Below, piece by piece: positions 48,641 to 58,666 of a stretch of 64,000 nucleotides of DNA. This stretch comes from Candidatus Altimarinota bacterium (GTDB lineage: Bacteria > Patescibacteriota > Gracilibacteria > JBDHUY01): contig JBDHUY010000003.1 of the NCBI GenBank assembly GCA_039809385.1, positions 32,001 through 96,000 on the forward strand. The letters run 5' to 3'. The notes beneath the pieces are model-generated. The model was given only the letters and a program-made list of their open reading frames with translations. It was not told the origin of the DNA and made no database searches. How positions within the stretch are numbered: position 1 is the stretch's first letter; every line of letters starts with the position of its first letter. The position numbers were made by a program, and so were the translations under genes.

Positions 48641-49339
48641 ATGACAATCCGCCGCGGCGGACAAATGACAAAAACCTATTTTGAAATGAAATACTCACCT
48701 CATTCTATGGATCTAAAAGTGCAAAGTGCAAAGTGTAAAGTGCAAAATTTTAAGACCCTATTACTTTGGTCTGTGTTCTTTTTGGTGACTCTTGTATTCA
48801 TACAACTTTCAACGCATGTTCTTGCGGCCTCACCGAATCAGTTACCTTGTTATGCTTTCGAAGGAAAGGTGTTGCCCGAAAAGATCCTGCCCGAACAGAA
48901 AAAATTTCAGGAAAATATCGATCGGTTGTTAACAAAGCCGGACGTATCGCCTGCGTTTCTGGTGGAGACCGGTATTACGGCTTTTCGCATCTACCATGCC
49001 AAATTGCGTGCTACCTGCGACGAACTCATCCAGTGTCTGTCTGCTTCGGACAACAATGTAACTTCTTCGGGAAACCAGGAGCCCCGCGATTTGATCGTGG
49101 AAAATTTTCAGCAGTGCCACTCGTGGGTGGATACTGAGATAGCGGCCCAAAAGCGCATTTTTTCGCAATTTATGCTCTCCGATGCCAGCCGTAAGAAAAC
49201 CGAGTTTATCGTCAATAAATATCGCGACTTGAATCGTAAAATGCGCGACTTGATCGATACGCTCACCTTTATTCAAGGAAAGGCCGAAAGTCTGTTTAAC
49301 AATGTCGGCGGCCAGTGTGCCCGGGTTCAGTTTCCTTAA
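48641..49339 (+). CDS. Secreted Cys-containing helical protein (start uncertain)
   Basis: Signal peptide, several Cys, heptad-like C-terminus. The 5' end includes a 7-mer AAAGTGC array. Confidence 0.75.
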   Translation: MTIRRGGQMTKTYFEMKYSPHSMDLKVQSAKCKVQNFKTLLLWSVFFLVTLVFIQLSTHVLAASPNQLPCYAFEGKVLPEKILPEQKKFQENIDRLLTKPDVSPAFLVETGITAFRIYHAKLRATCDELIQCLSASDNNVTSSGNQEPRDLIVENFQQCHSWVDTEIAAQKRIFSQFMLSDASRKKTEFIVNKYRDLNRKMRDLIDTLTFIQGKAESLFNNVGGQCARVQFP

Positions 49340-49353
49340 CTTTCGTTTTTTGC

Positions 49354-50298
49354 ATGTCGCGTACCTCTCTTATTTTTTCCGGTATCGGCGGTACTATTCT
49401 GCTCATTACTTTGCTGGCTATCTTTCCGGCTCTTTTTGGTCAGGCTCAAAACTCACCGGCTGAACGGGCTGAGTTTTCGTTTCAGGGGCAAGATGCCTTT
49501 ACCCGCGAAAGCGAGCTCTATAATCGCACGATCAATTGCTACTTTAACCGCGGCGTGCAGTTTTGGTTGCAAGCCTATTCAAAGGAGTATCAAAAAGAGG
49601 TGAGCCGTGAACTGCCGTTGTCGAGCATCGAAGATACGCAATTGGGTTGCGACAATCTGGGTGTGTTCGGTCAATATTATAAACAAAAACTCGAAAAACT
49701 CCTGAGTGCTATTGCTAAAAATCGACAGAAACTGGATGAAACGGCTTTTTCTAACCAACCCAAAGGTGAAGTTCAAAATCCCTGTAATTTACCCTTTGAG
49801 CCTCTGGATTCCTCGTCTGTCAATCGCAATACGAACGGTTTGCGCGTGCTAAGACTTCCGGTCGCTGCTCCAACCGAGGAGCGGGGTGATTATTTTGTCA
49901 CGTTGGAATCCCGGGTCGTTTCGCCGGTTTATGCGGTGGCCCTCGTCTCCGAATGCTATCGCCAAGTATATACCCAAAGTTTAGATCGTTACGTCAATCT
50001 TGCGTATGACTCACAGTCGATCTTAGAAGACAAAGGGGAGACCTCTCTCTCCCGGGAGGCTTTGATCGAAGAGCGGACCGCCCGTCTTAATCGCATCGAA
50101 ATCGAACGCCGGCGGGTACGTACCGCTCTTGATCTGGCTCTGGCCAATTTTCTGGAATTTACCGAAAGCTATCCTTTACACGTCCAATACGAAAAGATCA
50201 TTCTGCATGCTCAGAAGTTACGGGATAATGTGCGTCCGCTTCGGGTTATTTTCGACCAGCTCCAATATAAGCTGCCGAATCAGTCGACACCACCGTAA
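49354..50298 (+). CDS. Secreted Cys-containing helical protein
   Basis: N-terminal TM/signal. Helical C-terminus YPLHVQYEKII...KLPNQS. Confidence 0.78.
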   Translation: MSRTSLIFSGIGGTILLITLLAIFPALFGQAQNSPAERAEFSFQGQDAFTRESELYNRTINCYFNRGVQFWLQAYSKEYQKEVSRELPLSSIEDTQLGCDNLGVFGQYYKQKLEKLLSAIAKNRQKLDETAFSNQPKGEVQNPCNLPFEPLDSSSVNRNTNGLRVLRLPVAAPTEERGDYFVTLESRVVSPVYAVALVSECYRQVYTQSLDRYVNLAYDSQSILEDKGETSLSREALIEERTARLNRIEIERRRVRTALDLALANFLEFTESYPLHVQYEKIILHAQKLRDNVRPLRVIFDQLQYKLPNQSTPP

Positions 50299-50451
50299 GG
50301 GGAAAATTATGAATTATTAATAATGGATGGGGGCAGGGGAGATTACGAATACATACATAAGAGCAGAATTATGAAGGATGAAGTATGAATTATGAATGAG
50401 GGACAGGGGAAATGGCGAAGTACATAATTGTCACTATTCACGGGAGACCGT

Positions 50452-52242
50452 ATGGAAACAGGTAATAACAGATACATAACCGGTTTGAAGAAAAAGCTGC
50501 TTGTCGTAGTTGTTTTTGCTATGAGTCTTGTCGGAGCGGTTGGTGTCTTTTGGTACTCTACGACCGCAGCCTCCGATTTTCAGAATCTGATCGAAGATAC
50601 GAGGTCGCCGATTGGCCTGGATTTGTATAAACACACGTACGAAACTACCGAAGATCTTATCCAGAAACGCGCGCTGACCCGTACGCTGGAAGATCTTGAT
50701 ACAGGAGATCCCAAGGACCGTTATAGTGCCGAAGACCTGAAAAATATCCTGGCCAATGACCCCGCGCGCGTCATCGAGAAGGGAAATACTACCCGTCCGG
50801 ACCTGCGGCAAGAACTGTTTGACCGGATTCGTACAACGTATCAATTCGAACGCGACTTGGCGGACTACGAACTCGCGTTGCAGATCGAAACTGGTGCTTT
50901 GGGACAATACAGTAATGGGACGACCGACGATTCGGACTTTGATCTGGTGGTTGATCTGAACACGATCGACGTGATCTTCTTTGGCGAAAAAGCCCGTGTC
51001 CCGATTGCGCGTTGGGGAAGCTATGACGGTTTTCTGCTGGATCTCGACGGGTCGAACCCGCACAATGGCAATGCCAATAATTCTAATACCAACGGCGGAG
51101 TGAACAATGCCAACCAAAATACTTCCTTGAATCAAAATACCAATGCCTTTCAAAGCAATGCCAACGGGCAAAACCAGAACAGTAGTTCGTTCGGCAATTC
51201 CAATGTCAACCGTAATCCTTCTCTGAACACCAATAGCAATGCCTCCAATACCAATACCAACGCCGCCATAGCCCAGTGTCTTCCTGCTTCTGCCGTTACT
51301 ATTCAAGATATTCGTAACGATCTGGACGGACTGCGCGATAAAGTCGCCGATATTCGTAATCAGATTGAGGAAGGCGGGGATGTAGCGTTGGGCGATGTAA
51401 ATACGGAAAGCTCGGATACCCCGCTTTTGCCGCTCCAAGACCGTGATTACCCCCAAGTTCCTAAGTCACCTTCCGATTCTTCTCCTGGTTCGAGCCAGGA
51501 GATCTCGGACGCAGACAAAAACGACCAGGAAAATACCAGTATTTGGCCCTGCAACCAATTCTTCTGTATCAGAATCAGTATGCGTAACGGGGTTTCCAAT
51601 ACCACGTATCCGACGTATGACAATTCGATCAAGGCTCATCTGGATTATATCTATAAATTTATCAACGAAACCAATCGCTATCCGTTGGCGCTTAAAAAGA
51701 ATACCAAAGAGTTTTTCGGGCTAGGATTTTATCTGATGCAACTGGCCCAGCACGTCGATATGAAGGTCATCGTGACGAGCAAACCGGTCTGGTCTCCTAA
51801 ACAGCATACCTATAGCGCGTTAAACTCTCAAAAGATACGCGAAGCCGAGCAGGCGAGCCGTGGCAAGGCTGATCCGGGGCAGGATACCTTACAAAACGGC
51901 GTAACGACGGCTTCTGCAAAAAGCGAGTTTTCTAATATTCTCACCGATGCCACCCAGTCCGAACTGATCGAGCGCTTGCGTAGTTACGAAGCTGAAGTAG
52001 CAGACAGCTCCAAAGCGCTCTCTGAGACTGCCCGGCTTAGCGCCCGTTTGAATGCGGTGCAGGACCAGACCGCTTTGGTAAACGAGGCACTGCTGTTTCT
52101 CAAAACGCTGAACAGTTCGACCGATATATTTGCTCAGATCCGGCGGGTTGCCTGCTCGTTTGCTACCGAAGTCCGGGCAGTCGGAAGTGGCGGTTCGGCG
52201 GTCTCCGGGGGGAGCTCGACGCTCTCATCGGTCTGTCGCTAG
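50452..52242 (+). CDS. Membrane-anchored protein with an Asn-rich linker
   Basis: N-terminal TM, NGTTDDSDFDLVVDL...IFFG, NxN linker, CNQFFCI. Confidence 0.8.
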   Translation: METGNNRYITGLKKKLLVVVVFAMSLVGAVGVFWYSTTAASDFQNLIEDTRSPIGLDLYKHTYETTEDLIQKRALTRTLEDLDTGDPKDRYSAEDLKNILANDPARVIEKGNTTRPDLRQELFDRIRTTYQFERDLADYELALQIETGALGQYSNGTTDDSDFDLVVDLNTIDVIFFGEKARVPIARWGSYDGFLLDLDGSNPHNGNANNSNTNGGVNNANQNTSLNQNTNAFQSNANGQNQNSSSFGNSNVNRNPSLNTNSNASNTNTNAAIAQCLPASAVTIQDIRNDLDGLRDKVADIRNQIEEGGDVALGDVNTESSDTPLLPLQDRDYPQVPKSPSDSSPGSSQEISDADKNDQENTSIWPCNQFFCIRISMRNGVSNTTYPTYDNSIKAHLDYIYKFINETNRYPLALKKNTKEFFGLGFYLMQLAQHVDMKVIVTSKPVWSPKQHTYSALNSQKIREAEQASRGKADPGQDTLQNGVTTASAKSEFSNILTDATQSELIERLRSYEAEVADSSKALSETARLSARLNAVQDQTALVNEALLFLKTLNSSTDIFAQIRRVACSFATEVRAVGSGGSAVSGGSSTLSSVCR

Positions 52243-52284
52243 ACAAATTTCCCCCATTATTCGATTCTTGCCAAGAAGGCTCCT

Positions 52285-53583
52285 ATGAGAAAATTACATA
52301 CAGTACATGCAGCGGTGCTCCTGATACAAAGAACTATGTCTTCTCTTTTGTTCGGCGTCATTTTGGTTCTCTTTGGCTTTATCTTCTTTCTTCCGCAAGG
52401 GTATGCTCAGGAAAAGGAGGTAACCCAGTGTAAAACTTCCCCCAATGTCGAAGCCGAACTGACCTTGATGGACCGATCCTTGACCGAGTTATCCAAAAAG
52501 ATTACCGATAGCTGTTCCAATGATCTGCAAGGCAATAAGCGGGGATATAAAGAGGCGTACCTGGAGCTGCTCAGCATCGGCGTGGACAGTGAAACCTGGA
52601 AGTATTCTTTACGCAAACTGGTCGATATCGACGAAAACGAAGCACTGTCCCACGATATGCAATTGTATTACCAAAAGTTGCGGGCTTTTGACCAGCTGGC
52701 CAAGCGTGCCGCTAATAGCTGTTCCGATATTGTCTTTGAGATCAAACGCACCAAAGAAATCTTTTACAACGGAGAATTTGTTTCCCCAAACTCCTGGAGC
52801 GGTTATCGAGCTTTGCGTTTGGCCGAGAAGTCGGAAATACAAGTTGGAGATAAGACGTTTGACAATTACTTTTTTCAACAACAACCCGGGACCGAAGTCG
52901 GCTATTACGACCGCTCGAGCCCGTTTGCCTGTAGCAGCAACCAGTACGAATTTAAGGATATAAAAACTATTTTTACCCGCTTCCGCGATACGCTGAAACA
53001 ATTTCGCGAACGGGGTGAGCAGCTGAAAGCCCGCGAAGGAAGTGTCCTGCTACGTGAATTCCAGGCCCAGTTGAGCGCTTCAATCGGCATTCGTCTTATT
53101 ACTGTTGAGGAGGCTAATCGGCGGTTGGCTCAAAGTTGCGGTACCGAGCGCGGAAATTCGTATCGGGCTTTGTTTGAAAATCTCAAAACATGCATCGGTA
53201 ATGAACTCAAAACCTCGCCCGATATACGCGAAAAAGACTTCAATGAACTGACAAACAAGCAAAATCCTCCTGCTCCTGCGCCATCCGATACGAGCACCGA
53301 ATCGCTTTTGGACCAGCGCGATATTTCCCGTCACAACGACGATCTGGTACGCGAAATATCGGCAAATAACGAAAAATATGCCCTATTGTACAACCGCGAT
53401 TACTTTGCGCGCAACCACGAAATGGAAACGATTCTGGAAAGCGCTGATACCACGATCAGCGATTATCTGTGCGATACGGTCCAAAAGACCGCCGAGAGTA
53501 TGCGCGCCTTTTGTCTCAAATGCGTCACCAACAAGCCTTCGGCCTGCGAAAAGATCGATCCCAAGGCGGTCTCCTGTAAATAA
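52285..53583 (+). CDS. Secreted Cys-rich helical protein
   Basis: Signal peptide, about 11 Cys including a C-terminal cluster. Confidence 0.8.
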   Translation: MRKLHTVHAAVLLIQRTMSSLLFGVILVLFGFIFFLPQGYAQEKEVTQCKTSPNVEAELTLMDRSLTELSKKITDSCSNDLQGNKRGYKEAYLELLSIGVDSETWKYSLRKLVDIDENEALSHDMQLYYQKLRAFDQLAKRAANSCSDIVFEIKRTKEIFYNGEFVSPNSWSGYRALRLAEKSEIQVGDKTFDNYFFQQQPGTEVGYYDRSSPFACSSNQYEFKDIKTIFTRFRDTLKQFRERGEQLKAREGSVLLREFQAQLSASIGIRLITVEEANRRLAQSCGTERGNSYRALFENLKTCIGNELKTSPDIREKDFNELTNKQNPPAPAPSDTSTESLLDQRDISRHNDDLVREISANNEKYALLYNRDYFARNHEMETILESADTTISDYLCDTVQKTAESMRAFCLKCVTNKPSACEKIDPKAVSCK

Positions 53584-53667
53584 CTTCAAATATCAAAAAC
53601 CAAATATCAAATGAATTCCAGATATCAAATGTCAAATGTTAAAGGTCAAAAGTCAAAGAAACGTCAT

Positions 53668-55080
53668 ATGTCAGCTTTCATATTTGGAAAGCGATCTTTG
53701 GTAGTTGCTTTGGGCTTATGCTCTCTCTTATACGGTACTTTCTCTTTTAATAGCGTTACGGCTCAGACAGATGTGCCAGAAGGCTTTGCGGATGTTTCGC
53801 CTGCCCATCCGTATTACTCTGATATTATTGAGCTACAGCGCAAAGGATTGGTGAGTGGGTATGAGGATAATACCTTTCGTCCCGACGCGCTCATTACGCG
53901 AGCCGAGTTTGTCAAACTAACCCTGGGGGCTGGTAATTGCGTCGATTGCGAATTCCCTTCTCCCGAGGTGCGGGCGCGCTATAACACTGCTCCTTTTCCC
54001 GATATTCCGGTTTCGGCCTGGTATTTCTATTGTGTGGCCGGAGCCAAAGATGCCGGTCTAATCACCGGATATTTGGGAACCAAAGATCAAGGACTCTATC
54101 TGCCGGATGCCGAAATCTCGCGAGCCGAAAGTATTGCGATTTTGCTCAGAGCCGTTGGGACTCCTCCTCACGACAATGATCCTCTGGTTTTACAAGATGT
54201 CGATCCTGACGCCTGGTATGTCGGCTATCTCAAGGCAGCGGTTAATACTGGCTTGCTGGCCTATCATAAGGGTTTTCTGGCGCCCGAGGAAAAGATTCAA
54301 CGGGGCGAGTTTGCGCATCTGGTCAATACAGTGATGCAGAGTCGGCAGTGTACCCGCGTCACCCGTTTTGAACCCGAAAGGGGGAATTCGAATCGAAACG
54401 ATATACCTGTTTCGGACGCAAATCGTAATCGTAATAACGGTCTGGGCAACACGACCAATAACAATTCCGCCATTCCCGGTATTAATCAAAACGGAAACGG
54501 GTCGGGCAATGGCAATACCAACGGCAACATTTCCCAAAATCTCAATAACAACCAAGGGGACGAAGCTCAAAATAGAAATACGAATGCTTCCAGCGTTACG
54601 AACCGTAACGGTAACTCCGGGAATCAAAATGCCGGTTCTCTTTCTAACCGCAATACAAATGGGAATATCTCGTCCAATACCAACCAGTCGCCTGTCTTGA
54701 ATGACAATGACAACAGAGGTGAAAATCAAAATAATAATGGCGGTACACCGATCATTTCAGCTAATACGAATCAAAATAACACGACTCTTGCCGATCGTGA
54801 TCAAGATACCGTACCTGATGCGGTGGATTTGTGTCCCGATCTGCCCGGGGATCTTTTCCCGGCTAAAAACCAAAGCGGATGTCCCGACGTAGGCAATACC
54901 TCCGGGAATTTCGGCGATACTGGTCTGATCGTCAAAAATCCGGCCTGCAACATGTGTCCCTGCGCCGGAGCCGACTTTAAAGCTGACCTTCGTCCCGGGG
55001 ATATCATCTTTTCGGTTATTCCCGATCCGAACAATCAACGCATATACCAAAAGAGCGAGCTGTATTATATGGTCGAATAA
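53668..55080 (+). CDS. S-layer homology (SLH) domain protein with an Asn-rich linker and TSP3-like motif
   Basis: FADVSPAHPY...SGYEDNTFRPDALITRAEF repeats, DRDQDTVPDAVDLCP, CNMCPC. Confidence 0.9.
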   Translation: MSAFIFGKRSLVVALGLCSLLYGTFSFNSVTAQTDVPEGFADVSPAHPYYSDIIELQRKGLVSGYEDNTFRPDALITRAEFVKLTLGAGNCVDCEFPSPEVRARYNTAPFPDIPVSAWYFYCVAGAKDAGLITGYLGTKDQGLYLPDAEISRAESIAILLRAVGTPPHDNDPLVLQDVDPDAWYVGYLKAAVNTGLLAYHKGFLAPEEKIQRGEFAHLVNTVMQSRQCTRVTRFEPERGNSNRNDIPVSDANRNRNNGLGNTTNNNSAIPGINQNGNGSGNGNTNGNISQNLNNNQGDEAQNRNTNASSVTNRNGNSGNQNAGSLSNRNTNGNISSNTNQSPVLNDNDNRGENQNNNGGTPIISANTNQNNTTLADRDQDTVPDAVDLCPDLPGDLFPAKNQSGCPDVGNTSGNFGDTGLIVKNPACNMCPCAGADFKADLRPGDIIFSVIPDPNNQRIYQKSELYYMVE

Positions 55081-55176
55081 AATCCCGAAATTTCCCTAAT
55101 CATGTTCAGTATCAGTTGTATTTTCCCTCCAAACTTGCCACAATAGCAGTGTTTATTTTTCGTATATCGTTTTTTT

Positions 55177-56721
55177 ATGAATGCCAGGCAGAAAAAGATC
55201 ATGATCGGTGTCGGCGCGGGTCTCGTCGTTATTATCCTGATTCTGGGATGGTGGTTTCTATTCCGTTCTCATAGTGGAGCTGGAAATATAAACCGCAATA
55301 CTAATTTGCAGGCTGCGTTAGTAGAGAAAGAGGGAACTGTCCGTAGCAAAGGAATCACGCTGGATACACCCGGTACACACAAGCTGGAACTCGACGACGG
55401 GAGCGCGCTGTTTCTCGAAAGCAAGGACCAGTCGCTCAGCCGGTATCTCGATCAGCGGGTGGTTGTCGAGGGCGTACTGGAAGAGCGGCAGGGGGCGCTA
55501 GTCTTGTCCGTACAATCGATCAGTTTACAATTGAACCGGCTCAATGCTAACGGAGCTTCGGCGCTGCTTCGTTACAGCGGCGCGCTGGGGCTCACGTTCG
55601 CGTATTCTTCACTTTTTGAGCTTAATACCGGGAGCGCATCGCGCATAGAGCTTTCTTTGAGTGACAAAAGTGTCGATGTGCAAAAAAAAGACGACCCCGT
55701 CATTTTTATCGAGAATATCGGTGACGTTATCCCCGATCTTAAAGCCTGGATAAAAAGTACTAAAAATACCGATTCGGTAACGATCCGGGTTGGAAACCTC
55801 GACGGCGAGCGTTTGGTACTGAATGCAACTCAGAATACCACCGTGTATGTCAATGCCGGACGGCTCTACGAAATCCGTTTTGTGTCGCCGGGGGGCAAAG
55901 ACGAGACACTGGTAAAGAATCGTTTTTACGAAATGCTCTCGACGATCGAGTGGAGCGGTGTCTCTCTTTCCAATACGAATATCAACGCGATGAATGTCAA
56001 CGCCTCCCTGCCTCTTAATATCAATGTCAATGGCGGTCTGTATACCGGAGAAGTTGGTATTACACCCACTGTTTCGAATACCAAAGAACTGGTGCGGATG
56101 TATATTGCCGAACATCTCAACGACTTGAAACCTGAGGATAGCGAGGTACCCGGGACCGTCGCTCCTACCCGCTTTGAATTTGCCGGCGAATCTTACGTCT
56201 ATGTTGAATATGGCGACAATACGGCCAAGCGGAAACTGCTTCTTTCCTACGTGGTCGAAGACAGCCAGGTGCGTGTTTCCCAAAAAGCCTATTTTGTCCC
56301 CGGAGAAACAACCGATTGGCAGATCAAAACCGGTCAAAATGAAGCGAATAAGCTCTCACGGGAAGTTTACGATGCTTCCGGAAACAAGACTGCCGAACTC
56401 AAAGAGGGATACCGTTTATATGAAAATAAGAGCGTAGGGTACTCGGTACAATATCCTTCCAGCTGGTACTATGCCGGCGTGGCAAAAGAAGCGGGTGCCA
56501 TCCATACGGTTGCTTTTAGCGACAAGCCTCTGGAATCGGCACAAGACGTTATCAAGGTTTCAGTACTGAAGGGAACTATTACCTCACTGGGCTTGTCCGA
56601 AAGGAACGAAGACGCATCGAGCCTGACCGTAAGGGTCGAAAAAGAAGGGCGCGTCTATCAGGTTTCGGGTGCGACCGGATTGTCGTCTACGATCGATCAA
56701 ATGGCGAACAGTTTGCGGTAG
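55177..56721 (+). CDS. Membrane-anchored protein with PsbP-like domains
   Basis: N-terminal TM, YENKSVGYSVQYPSSW, RFYEMLSTIEW, IDQMANSLR. Confidence 0.7.
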   Translation: MNARQKKIMIGVGAGLVVIILILGWWFLFRSHSGAGNINRNTNLQAALVEKEGTVRSKGITLDTPGTHKLELDDGSALFLESKDQSLSRYLDQRVVVEGVLEERQGALVLSVQSISLQLNRLNANGASALLRYSGALGLTFAYSSLFELNTGSASRIELSLSDKSVDVQKKDDPVIFIENIGDVIPDLKAWIKSTKNTDSVTIRVGNLDGERLVLNATQNTTVYVNAGRLYEIRFVSPGGKDETLVKNRFYEMLSTIEWSGVSLSNTNINAMNVNASLPLNINVNGGLYTGEVGITPTVSNTKELVRMYIAEHLNDLKPEDSEVPGTVAPTRFEFAGESYVYVEYGDNTAKRKLLLSYVVEDSQVRVSQKAYFVPGETTDWQIKTGQNEANKLSREVYDASGNKTAELKEGYRLYENKSVGYSVQYPSSWYYAGVAKEAGAIHTVAFSDKPLESAQDVIKVSVLKGTITSLGLSERNEDASSLTVRVEKEGRVYQVSGATGLSSTIDQMANSLR

Positions 56722-56778
56722 GATCCCTTTTTACAAATAGATTTGATGGTGTTTGCAGAGACAAATTTCAATGCGTCT

Positions 56779-57474
56779 CTATCGTGTTGTGTAATTGCAG
56801 CGTTTGCAATATCCTGTCTTTGGATCGAAATCATCTGTTTGATGACAGACTTCGCACCTTTTCGGTTCCGACTCACGACGAATCTTCATAAGATCGTTTG
56901 TGGCTGTAGTAAGATCATCCAATGAAATACCGCTCATTTGCTCTATTTCTTGACGTACCCAATCATACGCTACGATTATTTCTCGCAGCCTGTTGGGGAT
57001 TCCGCTCTTTATTTCCAGAGTGGTCGCGATCTTAATTGCCGTTGCTGTGCTAATGACTGTAATTGCCAGAGCTACAACGGTACGGATTATAGCTTCCAGA
57101 AAACCTGCTAAGCTGATCGGCACATTTAATGGATCGATAAAATAAAAACTCGCATATAAGGAGACGAATAAGGAGACGATTAGTACAGGAATACTTAACA
57201 TGCCTGAAAGTTCTTTTTCCATATGTTTCTTGAATGCGCTTACCTCTCTTTTAAGCTCTTGGTCGGGGCACCTATCCATTAGTGTATTAATCAGCATCTC
57301 TGGAGATCGAGAAGTCGTTATTTCCAAAGCTATTTGAATCATTTCGTTCAGTTTCCGGTTTTGTTCGGGCGTCAAGCTCTCGAGAATCTCGTGTGCCTTT
57401 CTTTCTAGAACAGCTATATTGCAAGTGCGGAGCTCCAGATTTTCGGACGTCCGACCGGATGGTAATTCATCCAT
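56779..57474 (-). CDS. Two-TM hypothetical protein with a C-terminal Zn ribbon
   Basis: Two hydrophobic helices, CEVC...CKRC. Confidence 0.7.
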   Translation of the reverse strand: MDELPSGRTSENLELRTCNIAVLERKAHEILESLTPEQNRKLNEMIQIALEITTSRSPEMLINTLMDRCPDQELKREVSAFKKHMEKELSGMLSIPVLIVSLFVSLYASFYFIDPLNVPISLAGFLEAIIRTVVALAITVISTATAIKIATTLEIKSGIPNRLREIIVAYDWVRQEIEQMSGISLDDLTTATNDLMKIRRESEPKRCEVCHQTDDFDPKTGYCKRCNYTTR

Positions 57475-57629
57475 GCGTTTTTTCCGTGACGAAATAAATA
57501 GATAGATTACTATACTGGTTTATGTCTCTCGATCAAGCCTTTTTAATGATTTTCAACGTTTCTATGTACGTTTGATAGATGGCCCGTACAAATGTCCGTT
57601 TTTTATTGTAAACATTCTGTACAACATTA

Positions 57630-57658
57630 TTGAAAAAAGATAAAAAATGTTTTATAAT
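57630..57658 (+). promoter_or_regulatory. Near-consensus sigma70 promoter
   Basis: TTGAAA-17 bp-TATAAT. Predicted TSS about 57665. Confidence 0.75.
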
Positions 57659-57664
57659 AGTATT

Positions 57665-57841
57665 GGAGCGTTCAAGGGAAGGTGCAGGTAACTGCAAATT
57701 ACATCAAAAGGAGGATGAGGCTACCCCATGTACCAGATCGACCATGCCGGGTAACCGCTGCATCACTTCTCTTTATAGAAAAATTCCACCTCACCGGGGT
57801 GAAAGCTAGCTCCAAATATTCATGAACGCCCCATGAGGGGG
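57665..57841 (+). ncRNA. Candidate structured RNA (long 5' leader or 6S-like RNA)
   Basis: Closing stem GGAGCGTTCA/TGAACGCCCC starts at the predicted TSS. Inner stem GATG-GGCTACCC-CATG / CATG-GGGTAACC-CATC. Confidence 0.5.
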
Positions 57842-57860
57842 TAAAATTACTTCTTTTTTT

Positions 57861-58466
57861 ATGAAAAACACAATGATGAAACAAAAGACCGCGCTGATGA
57901 GCCTGGTCGCACTGCTGTCTTTCGCAGTTCTGCCCAGCGCCAACGCCGCAACCACGGCTACCGTTACCTTGACGGCAACTGTACAATCAGCCTTTTCCAT
58001 CTCGGTCGGTAGTGCAACTGCTGCTTTGTCTTTGACACCTGGTGCGACACCTGATACGACAACCAGCACGGTGACCGTTGTATCCAATGACGGTGCCGGA
58101 TATAATATAAGTGTCGAAGCGGACAGTGCAAACTCGGACTCTTCGCTCTACAAAAGTACTGCTCCAACCGCCAGTATTGCAGCCGATGTTCCGGGAAACG
58201 TGACGACTAATTCAAACAAATGGTCCCTGCATGTTTCCGCTGCTCCGGGCAGTTGCGGTACCTGTACAACCGATGAAGCGTTTGACGGCGACGGTACAAC
58301 CGATGAAGCTGTTGCCACTAGCGCCAACCGGATGGCCTTCAACTCGAGTACGACTGCGACTCAGGATTGGACCGTTACATACAAAGCGGCCGTAAACGGA
58401 GTACTTCCCGCCGGTGCATATCTGACTACTGTTACCTATACTCTGGCTTCAGGCGTAGGATCCTAA
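57861..58466 (+). CDS. Secreted beta-sandwich subunit (WxL-like/class-5 fimbrial-subunit-like)
   Basis: Signal peptide, mature N-terminus ATTATVTLTATVQS, C-terminus AGAYLTTVTYTL. Confidence 0.75.
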   Translation: MKNTMMKQKTALMSLVALLSFAVLPSANAATTATVTLTATVQSAFSISVGSATAALSLTPGATPDTTTSTVTVVSNDGAGYNISVEADSANSDSSLYKSTAPTASIAADVPGNVTTNSNKWSLHVSAAPGSCGTCTTDEAFDGDGTTDEAVATSANRMAFNSSTTATQDWTVTYKAAVNGVLPAGAYLTTVTYTLASGVGS

Positions 58467-58475
58467 GACTTTTCT

Positions 58476-58516
58476 CTCCTTCCGAGCATGGTTTTTATTG
58501 CCTGCATCGGAGGGAG
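58476..58516 (+). terminator. Stem-loop after the subunit gene (stabiliser or attenuator)
   Basis: CTCCTTCCGA...TCGGAGGGAG inverted repeat, no strong U tract. Confidence 0.55.
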
Positions 58517-58666
58517 GACAAAGGTCTTACACTTTTCTCTGCTTATTAGGTATAGATGAGAGGGAAGCGTAGCGCCTCCCGGCTCATTTTGCACACTCGC
58601 CCCTTGCCTAAAATGCACTGTGCGAATTATACTAAAGATATATTATTTCTTTTCGTCACAACTATC

